A stretch of DNA of 64,000 bases, taken from Chiloscyllium plagiosum (lineage: Eukaryota). Shown piece after piece: positions 1 through 11,029 of this stretch (the first letter of the stretch is position 1; each line of letters starts with the position of its first letter). The translations under genes and the position numbers were made by a program. The notes beneath the pieces are model-generated. The model saw nothing but the letters and a program-made list of their open reading frames with translations, did no database searches and was not told the origin of the DNA. The stretch covers positions 58,371,704-58,435,703 of the forward strand of contig NC_057718.1 in the NCBI RefSeq assembly GCF_004010195.1. The letters run 5' to 3'.

Positions 1-460
1 TACTTATAGAATCCCCTACAACTACCACCTGTCTCTTTGCTCCCCCCCTCTTGAATAGCCTTCTATACCATGCTGCCATAGTCAGCTGGCCCATCCTCCC
101 TGCAGCTCCCGTCCTCATCCACACAGGGAGCAAATACATCATACCTGTTAAACATGGTCAAAAGCTGAAGGTCCTCTACCTAGATTCTTCTTCCTGCCTC
201 ATTTGCAGTCACACGCTGCTGACCTGGCCACCGACTGGTTTTGTGATTCTTAATCTACCACGTACGACTGCTTCCTGAAACAAAGCATCCAGGTACTTCT
301 CCCCCTGCCGAATGTGCCACAGTGTTTGAAGCTCAGATTTCAGCTTGTCAATTCTGAGCCAGAGTTACTCCAGCAACCAATACCAGCTGTAGATGTGATC
401 AACGCACTTAGCAAAGGGATTAGCCAGCTCCCACATCATACAGCTACAGTACTTCATCTG
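1..460 (-). mobile_element. CR1 LINE ORF1 relic (zinc-finger/leucine zipper and start of SGNH esterase domain)
   Basis: Reverse complement near 5-29 reads VVVVGDSI (GDS esterase motif). 310-450 gives decayed C..CMMWE...LRIDKLKSELQTL, typical of CR1 ORF1. Confidence 0.75.
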
Positions 461-462
461 CC

Positions 463-603
463 TAGTCATAGACTCATAGAGAAGTACAGCATAGAAACAG
501 ACCCTTCGGTCCAACCCGTCCATGCCGACCAGATATCCCAACCCAATCTAGTCCCATCTGCCAGCACCCGACCCATATCCCTCCAAACCGTTCCTATTCA
601 TAT
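463..603 (-). mobile_element. HER1/CR1 LINE 3' end fragment
   Basis: Reverse complement of the 3' UTR and tail seen at 57250-57370 (...ttggaccgaagggtctgtttc...ctatgactcta). Confidence 0.85.
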
Positions 604-1134
604 GCCCACCCCATTTCTACTTCACTAACTAGCTAAACTAATTAACTAATCCTCCATTAATTAATCTCCCTGCCCACCACCCCAGAGTTAATGGTTTAAG
701 GTCAACTACCCTGTGACATGTCCCTTGGCCCAAACTATCATCTCATCAAGTTTAGTTGAGTAGGTCCAAGGACATCAAAGGAGTTTGCCAACAAACATTC
801 CATGCAGGTAAATCAGCATTAATAATAGAACAGTTTCCAGATCCTCTGAATATCACATTTCTACTCCTGTCCGGTCAATTCAGATTAATTGTGTAGAATT
901 ATCAACAAGAATTCTGAATAGAAGTTCTCATTTTAAATACCCAACTATATATTAATCTCAAGTCTGTGGCCTAATCTTGTGGTTCGGTTGACATTGCAAG
1001 TTATTTGATTAGATTCCTGATATGATTTTTGTTTCATTCAGATTATACGTTTTTACTGTAAAAACAGTATTGATTTGGCAGGCAAGGATCTGACATCATA
1101 AGAATTTGTAATTATTTTCTCTTTTACTTTGTTC

Positions 1135-2985
1135 ATGTTTACAGTGTAGAAGAATATAGAAGCTAGATAATTTGGAAAAGTAAACAGTGGTATCTTGAAA
1201 AATGACCATATTACAGAGGAGAGGTGCTGGACGTTTTAAAATACACAAAGGTGGATAAATCCTCAGGTCCTGATCAAATATATCCCAGACATTTGTGGGA
1301 ATCTAGGGAAGAGACCCCTGGGCCCCTTGCTGAGACATTTGTATCATCTATAGCTACAGGCGAGGTTCCAGAAGACTGGAGAGTGGCTAATGTGGTTATT
1401 TAAGAAAGGTGGTAATGAAACGTCAGGAAACTATTGACTGGTGAGCCTGACATCAATAATGGGTAAGTTGTTGGAGGGGATTCTGAGGGACAGGATACAC
1501 ATGTATTTAGAAAGGTAAGGACTGATTCGGAATAGTCAACATGGCATTGTGTGTGGGAAATTGTGTCTCACAAACTTGATTGCATTTTTTTTAAGAAGTG
1601 ACAAAGACAGTTGATGAAGGCAAGGCAGTAGCCATTGTCTATATTGACTTCGCAAGGTGTTTGACAAGGTTCTGCATGATAAACTGGTTAGCAAGATCAC
1701 ACGGAATCCAGGGAGAGCTAGCCAATTGGATACAGAATTGGCTTGAAGATAGGAGACAGAGGGTAGTGATGGAGGGTTGTTTTTTGAACTGGAGGCCTGT
1801 GAGCAGCTGTGTGCCACAAGGATCAGTGCTGAGTCCACTGCTTTTTGTCACTTATATAAATGATTTGTATGTGAATACAAGAGGAATGGTTAGTAAGTTT
1901 GCAGATGACACCAAAATGGGTGACATAGTGGACCGTGAAGGTGGTTATCTCATAGTATGACAGGGCCTTGATCAGATTGGCCAATAGGCCGAGGAGTAGC
2001 AGATGGAGTTTAATTTACATACATGTGAGGTGTTGCATTTTGGTAAGGCAAATCAGGGCAGGACTTATACACTTAACAGTAGGGCTCTGGGGAGTGTTGC
2101 CAAAAAAAAAAGACCATAGGGTGCAGGTTCATGGTTCCTTGAAGGTAGATAGGATAGTGAGGAAGGAGTTTGGTACACGGGCCTTGTTTAGTCAGTGCAT
2201 GGAGTATAAGAATTGGGATGTCATGTTGCGGCTGTTGGTTTGGCTATTTTTGGAATACTGGTCCAATTCTGGTCTCCCTGCTATTGGAAAGATGTTGAAA
2301 CTTTATCATAGAATCCCTACTGTATGGAAACAGGCCGTACACCCAAACAATTCCTTTACATTTACCCCTGGCTAATGTACTTAACCTACACATCCCTGAA
2401 CACTATGGGCAATTTAGCATGGCCAATTCACCTAACCTGGACATCTTTGGATTGTGGGAAGAAACCAGAGCACCCAGAGGAAATCCATGCAGACACAGAG
2501 AATGTGCAAACTCCACACAGATAGTGGTGCAGAAAAGATTTACAAGGAAGTTGCCAGGTTGGAGGGTTTGACCTAAAGGGAGAGGTTGAATAGCCTGGCA
2601 CTATTTTCCCTGGAGCAAGGGACCTTACAGAGGTTTATAAAATCATAAGGAGTGTGGATTTCAGCCAAGGTTTTTTTTCCTTAGATAAGGAGTCCAAAAC
2701 TAGAAGGCATAGGTTTAAAGTGAGAGGGGAAAGATATAAAAGGGAACTAAGGAGCTATATTGTTCTGCAGAGGGTGGTATATGCATGGAATGAGCTGTCA
2801 CCAGAAGTGTTGGAACTGTTAAAATTACATTTAAAAGGCATCTGGATGGAGACATGAATAGGAAGGATTTAGAGGGACAGGACTAAATGCTAACAAATGG
2901 GACTAGATTAATTTAGGATATGTGGTTGGCATGGATGAATTGGACTGAAGTGTCTGTTTCTGTACTGTACAAGTCTATGACTCTA
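1135..2985 (+). mobile_element. 5'-truncated HER1/CR1 LINE, decayed ORF2 (RT) and 3' UTR
   Basis: ORF 1598-1960 has VPQGSVL, YINDL and KFADDTK. Stops and frameshifts are present. Ends in tctatgactcta tail. Confidence 0.95.
2305..2524 (-). mobile_element. HE1-type SINE nested in CR1
   Basis: Core gggcaatttagcatggccaattcacctaacctg...ctccacacag matches the copies at 45127 and 61222; interrupts the CR1 frame. Confidence 0.9.
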
Positions 2986-3983
2986 AATCTACTCTTTAAA
3001 ATACTGAAGAGAAGTAGATATCCTTTGTTTCAGCCTAAGCCAGTAACTGTAGGATGGGTATTGCTGCTAGGAAAATCTTTGCTAAATAAGCAAATGTGAA
3101 TGTTTATTTTGGTTTCCAACATGACACAATAAAACCATGCTGCTTGCTGACTTTATTGAATGTCGGCAGAGATATATTGGGTAGCCCTGATCTCACGTTA
3201 TTGCTTTTTTTGTTCAAGTCTTCAGGTTCATCCAACAGACTTCAAAAGGGTAAGAATGAGTGTGTGCTAGCCATAGAGTGAATCACCATATCCTGCTGTA
3301 ATGGTCCCTGTCGGTAGAAAATTACTGTGGACTTGAAGTAATTGGTATGAGGGTGAAAACTGTGAAGTCATTTAAGAGAATGTGAAAGACTTGATTTCAT
3401 GGCATGTTAAGCACCATTAACTACTTTGAAATAAAAGATTAATCAACTATACAAATGTAAAAAATGTCACGCTCACATACCTAGAATATTTGAAAATATA
3501 AAAGAGTGGGTACGAGCAAGGGAGGTACATTTCAAATATTGATGGGGCTTTAAAAAAGGCAACTCAGCAATTATGTTTCAAATTAGGCAATATTAATAAT
3601 TATAACTGCTATTCATATACGATATGAATAAGAAATACGATTTACTGGGAGAATGAGGTGGAATGCAATGAGGTTGAATAAAACCACAATAATACTACTT
3701 CATAAAATCATTCACTGTGCTCCAAATATTTCAAATAAAATCTGTTGGCTGTATTCTTGTGATTGCTCCAATTTGATTATCCTTTCAAATTTATGGGGCT
3801 GTACTTTCATCTAGCTCGATCTTCAAGCGATGACAGAGGACAACATGAGCAGCCCACATTCAAGCCAAGAGGCACAATGACAGGAATTTGTCCTTGGGCT
3901 TCAGCAATATAACTCATGGCAAGCTGACCGCACTTTCACAAAAGCCAGTTTTGGTCAGCGGTCCGTAGATATGGAGATTACAA

Positions 3984-4660
3984 TATTGTGATCCCATTTG
4001 ATGTTATTCTTGGACATGTCAGATCACAGCCTGAAATCTGACTTGATAGATCATATTTGGGTTTGCTGTTTTAATTAGGTGGTCTTTCACTGAAACACAA
4101 ACACGCAATGCAACAGGATATCTCTTAACAATAGAACAGAAGTTTATTTTGCAAAAGAATTAAGAAAAATTAAAATAAACCAATCTATTTATATATAACC
4201 TAATTTTAAAGATTTAGAAACACCCAATAAAATACAATCTCATTAATCCAAAAATCATTCCTTTACAGTGCTCATACTAAAGATATTTTCATTCTCTATC
4301 ACATCCATGGGGCTTAATTTCAATTCTCGATCTTCAGATTCTGACAAACTCTTACCTGAGTCTTCCTAAAACTAACCATAGATTTTCTCAGCTTCAAGAA
4401 ACCCTTCAAATGTTTAACCAAACACTCATGGTTTGGAACTTTAAAACTAAATTGTTCACACTGAAATAACCAATTTCCTAACATTTTGTAAACCCTCTCC
4501 TTTCATTATGAGCAACTGTTTATATAGTCATCTTCAGCTAGACCTTTTGCAAAGCGGACAAACTTAAAGTAGAATGCAATTTTTTTCAAGCTATGGGTGT
4601 TTCTCCTAATCAAAAGCAAAAAAAAACAAATTTCTGACCTTCCATTCCATTTGCCTTCCC
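3984..4660 (-). mobile_element. Decayed solo LTR (Gypsy-type); right boundary approximate
   Basis: Left end is the reverse complement of the ...gtgtttcag...gatcacaaca terminus at 31480-31600. Confidence 0.55.
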
Positions 4661-6361
4661 TATTACCCACTGAACTTGGATGACAGTTTTTTGTGATCCA
4701 TGGAGGACTCCCACATCCCCCCCATTCAATACCTGTCTATAGTATTTCTCTATTTAAATAATATTCAGCTTCTCTATTTGTCCTGCCAAAATGCATAACT
4801 TCACACTTGCCACATTATATTCCATCTGCCAAGTTTTTGTTCAATCACTTAACCTCTGATCTTATGATGTAGGAAGCGTCATTGATGCAACAGATGAAGA
4901 TAGTTGAGCTTTGTACACTACCCTGATCAACAGCTGCAGTGATATCCTGGGATTGCATCCGCACTCCTTCTGCTTTCTTGTGCAATCTCAATCTTAACCA
5001 CTCGCAGCCATGCCTTCTGCTACCTAAGGCCTAAGGATTTACCTTGCTAAACATTGTCACCTCAGTACTTCCGACATCCTTTTGATGTGCTCTGTAAACG
5101 TAACCCTTTGTCCAAATTTTTAGTCATCTTTCCAAATAACTCATTACATAGGCAGGATTGTTTCACCTTAAGAACTCACCATTCCTGACCCTGCCATGTT
5201 TCATCAGGAGGAGAGAGGCATGCTCGGGAAACAATTTTAGAGGGAGGGTAATTAAAGTCATTAGTGATCTCATTACAATCTTTCTGTGGACCAGTTTAGG
5301 ATTTTGGTAATGGTGCATGATTTGCATACTATCAACATCAGATATCCCCATAAATGGGAATTTGGCCAAGGAGGACACTCAGTCAGTAGTATACAGATGC
5401 CACCAGGTCTGCACAGGTTGCAGGGAGAGTGTCCTGTACACACTCAGCAATGCAGAAGGTTGTCCCCATCTTAACTTTGCAGTGGCTTAAGAGAAGCCAT
5501 CAAAGCGAATCAAGCTAAACACAAGAAAGACAACTTCATTAAAGGATAGTGCTCAGATTTAGAGACCAGTGATGATGAGGAGCAATTTCTTTTACAGGAC
5601 AGGCCGAGCCCTGGACATAAGAAACAAAGATGAGAGACGACATTTTTTCAGCTACTTGGAGACGTTGGAGAGTCATTGCATCAGTAGGTTAACTCTACCC
5701 AACAGATGGTCACAGAGATTCATGCCCTTGTGATGATAAGTCTCAGCCTGCAGCATCATGCCATTCCAATAGCTAGTACATTCTCTGAGGTCTTGAAATG
5801 CATTGCTTGTGGGGCCTAGCAAGAACCTTGATGTCACCTCCTAGGCAGGGGCGCACAGTTGTAGCTCACAGGTCACTGATTTTGAAAGCTGGCAGGATGT
5901 TTAACTTCAGCAAGTTGCAGCCTCACAGTAACAGAGGCCAGTAACTTTAGCTTCCTCTGTTGGATTCTCTCAGTGCAGAGTATTATTGATTGCATCTAAT
6001 GGTCATCAAGGCACCAAATGTCCATTCAGTTGGATTCATCAATGCTCAGCTAGTCTGTGAGCACAAGAGCTTCCAGCATACCTGTGCTCATATTCTCTGC
6101 ATCTACCTTGACCTTTAGCTTGCACCAGTCCAGACTGCTGCAATTTCTCATTTCACCCACCATCTATGACTATGACCCCAAATTCTGTGGATGGATTGTG
6201 GGGAAGAAGAGGTATCCTTTAAAGAGATGATGACTCAACCTTTTCTAAGATCCAGAGACCGAGGCATAGAACTGTTAGAACTGAAGCTATCTAATCAGAA
6301 AAACAACTATTTAAGCAGGCCACTGAGTATCTGAAGAGGCAATTGTCTATTGTGCCGTGTC

Positions 6362-7643
6362 CTGGATCAGTGGTGCTGGAAGAGCACAGCAATTCAGGCA
6401 GCATCCGAGGACAGGCAAAATCGACGTTTCGGGCAAAAGCCCTTCATCAGGAATAAAGGCAGAGAGCCTGAAGCGTGGAGAAATAAGCTAGAGGAGGGTG
6501 GGGGTGAGGAGAGAGTAGCATAGAGTACAATAGGTCAGTGGGAAAGGAGATGAACGTGATAGGTCAGGGAGGAGAGGGTGGAGTGGATAGGTGGAAAAGG
6601 AGCTGGGCAGGTCGGACAAGTCCGGACAGGTCAGGGGACCGAGTTTCTGGAGGTTAGAAGCTAGGATGAGGTGGGGGAACGGGAAATGAGGAAACTGTTN
6701 NNNNNNNNNNNNNNNNNNNNNNNNNNNNNNNNNNNNNNNNNNNNNNNNNNNNNNNNNNNNNNNNNNNNNNNNNNNNNNNNNNNNNNNNNNNNNNNNNNNN
6801 NNNNNNNNNNNNNNNNNNNNNNNNNNNNNNNNNNNNNNNNNNNNNNNNNNNNNNNNNNNNNNNNNNNNNNNNNNNNNNNNNNNNNNNNNNNNNNNNNNNN
6901 NNNNNNNNNNNNNNNNNNNNNNNNNNNNNNNNNNNNNNNNNNNNNNNNNNNNNNNNNNNNNNNNNNNNNNNNNNNNNNNNNNNNNNNNNNNNNNNNNNNN
7001 NNNNNNNNNNNNNNNNNNNNNNNNNNNNNNNNNNNNNNNNNNNNNNNNNNNNNNNNNNNNNNNNNNNNNNNNNNNNNNNNNNNNNNNNNNNNNNNNNNNN
7101 NNNNNNNNNNNNNNNNNNNNNNNNNNNNNNNNNNNNNNNNNNNNNNNNNNNNNNNNNNNNNNNNNNNNNNNNNNNNNNNNNNNNNNNNNNNNNNNNNNNN
7201 NNNNNNNNNNNNNNNNNNNNNNNNNNNNNNNNNNNNNNNNNNNNNNNNNNNNNNNNNNNNNNNNNNNNNNNNNNNNNNNNNNNNNNNNNNNNNNNNNNNN
7301 NNNNNNNNNNNNNNNNNNNNNNNNNNNNNNNNNNNNNNNNTCCGGACTTGTCCGACCTGCCCAGCTCCTTTTCCACCTATCCACTCCACCCTCTCCTCCC
7401 TGACCTATCACCTTCATCTCCTCCCCCACTCACCTGTTGTACTCTATGCTACTCTATCCCCACCCCCACCCTCCTCTAGCTTATCTCTCCACGCTTCAGG
7501 CTCTCTGCCTTCCTTCTTCAGGAAGGGCTCATGCCCGAAACGTCGATTTTGCCTGTCCTCGGATGCTGCCTGAACTGCTGTGCTCTTCCAGCACCACTGA
7601 TCCAGAATGTGGTTTCCAGCATCTGCAGTCATTGTTTTTACCT
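6362..7643. mobile_element. Penelope-like element with inverted arms flanking an assembly gap
   Basis: 6362-6698 and 7341-7643 are largely reverse complements. 16-bp direct repeat tattgtgccgtgtcct at 6348-6363 and 7644-7659. Arms are homologous to the GIY-YIG-bearing copy at 40624-41932. Confidence 0.9.
6423..6450 (-). ncRNA. Minimal hammerhead ribozyme motif (PLE-type), intact core
   Basis: CUGAUGA-A-GGGC(UUUU)GCCC-GAAAC-GUC; loopless palindromic helix III (ACGU). Confidence 0.75.
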
Positions 7644-7796
7644 TATTGTGCCGTGTCCTCTATCTAAGTTCAGAGGTCACTAAAAACAGATCTGTAATAT
7701 TTTAGTGATCTACCGTACTCTCCATAACATGACCCTCCAGTAAAGTGTGGAGCTTACATGCTTGTTTCTGAAAAGATTGACATGCACGTTCTGACA

Positions 7797-9090
7797 AACA
7801 TATGAACAAAGGAAAAAGAGTAAGCCACTCAGCCCCTCAAGCTTGCTCCACCATTCAATAAGATCATAGCTAATCTAATTTTAAACTCAACTTTACAGTC
7901 CCACATCTTCCTGATAATTTTTGATCCCTCAGCAAACTAGATTCTGACTACTTCTGCCTTTTGAGGAAGGAATTCAAAAGACTCTTAAACTGCTGAGAGA
8001 GAAAAAAAACTTCCTTTTTGTCTTAAAATCGATAACTCTTTAATTTAAAACTATGATCCCTAGTTCTAGCATCTCCCACTGGAGGAAGATCTGGGAACAT
8101 CTTTCCCACATGCACCCAATTGAATCCCCTCAGTACCTTATATGTTTCAAACTTACCTCTAACTGTCCAGACACCAGAGGATACTGGCCTGTCTACCCTT
8201 TGCTCAGAAGGCAATCTGCTCATTTCAGGTCATGGTCTAGTAAACCATGTCTGAACTACTTCTAACTCATTAACATCTTTTCTAAACTACAGTGAACAGT
8301 ACTGCTTACAATATTCCCAATGTGATCTCATGAATGCACTGTATAACTGTAACACAACCTCCCTTCTCTTGCATTCAATCCCCCTCTCAATAAACCCATC
8401 AGTTTCAGAAGGAAATTTCTGATGAGAAGAGGTTGAGTGTGTATATGTTGGAATTTAGAAGATTGAGAAGGGACCTTTTTGAAAAAAAACATAGAAAAAG
8501 ATTAATGTGGAAGTTGTTTCCCTTTGTGGAGAATCAGGCCAGAGCACATCATCTCAGAGCAGGGGAGCCTCATTTAAGACAGAGATGAGGAGGATGGCTG
8601 ATCTGATAACTCGCAATTCTACTTTCCTGCCTTTTCTCCATACCCCTTGATTCCCTGATTAAAAATTTGTCTGTCTCAACTTTGAATATATTTAAATGAC
8701 TGAGCCTCAAAACCTTTTACTGGTAAATAATTCCACTGATAATCTACACTATGAGAGAAGGAAGTTCTCATCTCTGTCTTAAATGTGTCCCATCATACCC
8801 AGGATCAATGTTCTCTGGATAACCTCCAATGCCATTATATCTTCCTTTATATCAGGGGATCAGCTGTTCACAGTATTCTAGCTGTTGTCTGACTAGTGTC
8901 TTGTATAATTTTAGCAAGACTTCCCTAATTTTATATTCCATTTCCTTCACAATAAAAGCTAATATTCCACTGGCCCTTTCAATTACCTGCTGAACTTGTA
9001 TTCTGGCTTTTAGTGATTTCTGCACAAGGATCCACAAATGTCTCTGTGCTGCAGCTTTCTGCAGTATTTCTCCATTTAAATAAAATTCCA
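7797..9090 (-). mobile_element. Cluster of old CR1 3' fragments (7797-8395 minus, 8400-8595 plus, 8596-9090 minus)
   Basis: ORF 8852-9133 LYKTLVRQQLEYCEQ and ORF 8023-8223 ETYKVLRG are CR1 ORF2 C-terminal motifs; CR1-type 3' UTR near 7800-7870. Confidence 0.8.
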
Positions 9091-9930
9091 ATCCTCCCCA
9101 CAAGGTACCAAGTGTTAAGTGCCTGAGTGGCACAAATGATCCAATGGGCTTTCCTGAAAAAGAACTGACATGGGAACATGCAGCTCTCCAACCAAGGTCC
9201 TCATTGGCATCACAATGTTTCTCAAAGTTTCACACTAAAATGTACAAAAATAGCTGTTGGAAGACAAAAAAAATCATTCCAAGGCTAATCATCAGAAGGG
9301 TAAAGCAATAATTTGCTGATGCTTGTATTATTTTGGGAATTACTTTTAGAAGACCATTTTGGGTATCAATTATTCTTTTCCCTATTTGAGGCCAATATTC
9401 ACAATTCATTTCTGTTCTTCATCTAAATGGGCTGGAATTGTTTATCGGAGACAATATTATTGAATATCATGAAACTGATCTACAACTGATGAAGTTCAAT
9501 GATTAACAGAAGGGACTCGAGTTAGGCATTATCTACAAAAAAATTATTACTGCCTGAACACACGAAGAATTAAGTGATGTGAATAAAATGAAATTGGCTT
9601 TGCAGTTCAGCTGCTTAAATGATTGTTGTTGTTAGAAAGCATAAACTTTACAGCTTGACAGTGGTACCGTACCTTCAATAAGATATAAATTGGAGTTCAG
9701 TCAAAGGTTGATACTGGGCAACCAACTATATGGAATTAAATCCTAATCTTAAGAAAATAAAAGATGGTGCAGGAGAAGAGCAGAACCAAACTTCTAATAC
9801 ATTAATGATCTTACATGCACTTCCCATGTTTTATTCCAGAAAGCTAGTTTATGAAGGATAGAACTGGTTACATCTTTATACACTATGACATAACAAGTTT
9901 TCACCTTGTAAGCCCTCCAATGTTTTTTTT

Positions 9931-10040
9931 TAATCAACCTATTCAGAGATATCATTATACATCTCTGGTGCGGGTAGGACTCAAACCCAGGTCTTGTAGT
10001 CCAGAGGTAGGGACACTGCCACTGCACCAGAAAAAGCCCT
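9931..10040 (-). mobile_element. Short tRNA-derived SINE
   Basis: A-box-like tggtgcagtgg and B-box-like ggtttgagtcc on minus strand; homologous copy at 29405-29515 (+). Confidence 0.7.
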
Positions 10041-10479
10041 AAAAAAGCTGTATCTATAATAGGGGGTTGCAATGGATGGTCAACACTTGCATGTAATTAA
10101 CAGATTTCCTTCACTCTCTAAAAGTAAAAAATGGAGTTTATAAATGCAACCAAAATTTCAAAACCATTTAATCAAGCTACCCAAAATTCTGTACAAAACA
10201 TTACATTTTGAGGACCTCTCAGGCCGGTGTCCAAATTTCCATACCTGATTTTAATTATGTAAAATAACTAAACAAATGATGATTTGCATCATTTGTTTAG
10301 TTTTAGAGATGTCCTTTCTCTCCAGTATTATATCAAATCATCAAACTAAGTCCATAACTTGTCACATTCGCACTTTTGGTAGACTGTGTACTATCCTACA
10401 CCATGTGATTATCTATGTAGCATTCAATGGATATAAAATTTTCAGTACAACTGTTCTACAGGAACTCACTTAAAATACC

Positions 10480-10712
10480 TGACAGACAAAGTCACGTATC
10501 CACTGTATCCACAAGAACCAGTGTTTCTTAGTTTTCTATTTTTCTTAAATGTCATATACCCCTTAATATTCAGGACCTGATCCATGTCATCCTTCAGTAA
10601 AGTCTCTGTAGCGGGAATCAGATTATCTGTGTTCACTTCAATGCGCACTATCAATTCATTTACTTTGTTATGCATGTTAATGGAATTCAGATACAAAGGC
10701 ATTAGTTTTGTT
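10480..10712 (-). mobile_element. CR1 ORF2 N-terminal endonuclease fragment
   Basis: LYLNSINMHNKVNEL...ATETLL...LNIKGY matches the start of a CR1 APE domain. Confidence 0.75.
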
Positions 10713-10713
10713 T

Positions 10714-10792
10714 GAAATACTGGAGATCACAGCGGGTCAGAGACCATCCATGGAGATGGAGCAAGCTAACGTTTCCAGTCTAGATGACTTCA
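10714..10792 (-). mobile_element. Short PLE terminal fragment with degenerate hammerhead
   Basis: Minus strand tgaagtcatctagactggaaacgttagc...ctccagtatttc has the same architecture as the other PLE ends. Confidence 0.55.
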
Positions 10793-11029
10793 TTTTTTTG
10801 TTTCCTTTGTAACATTTAATCCTGATTACTGATACATCAGATTTTCTTTCCTTCCTTGCGATTCTGTTAACTTCATTTTTCACATTAATATTTTCCTCTC
10901 CTGCCTTAGCATTATCCATTGATTTGTTACATTACCCTCTTATTTAATGTAATACTGAACGGGCACCACCTCACCAGTGGTGCTGCAGAGTACAGGAGAA
11001 CTGTTGGTCTTTGATTAGCTTTTCTGAAA

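Larger units (their letters stand above)
5620..7780 (+). mobile_element. PIF/Harbinger transposase relic, interrupted by a PLE at 6362-7643
   Basis: Decayed HARBI1-like motifs in order at 5960-6350: GFSQ.QSIIDC..VIKAP, INAQLVCEH, GWIVG..RYPLKR, PETEA, EQA...LK. Confidence 0.7.

Noticed and set aside
6488..7573. 240-313 aa ORFs
   Set aside because: Artefacts of the N run; the same applies to the ORFs over 46557-47319.
9931..10040. tRNA gene
   Set aside because: Only A/B-box remnants, no cloverleaf, and a SINE-like paralog at 29405; the HE1 heads were rejected as tRNAs for the same reason.
10205..10244. Minus-strand 40-nt exon candidate (VWKFGHRPERSSK or YGNLDTGLRGPQN)
   Set aside because: A-rich acceptor tract, weak donor and unrecognised peptide.
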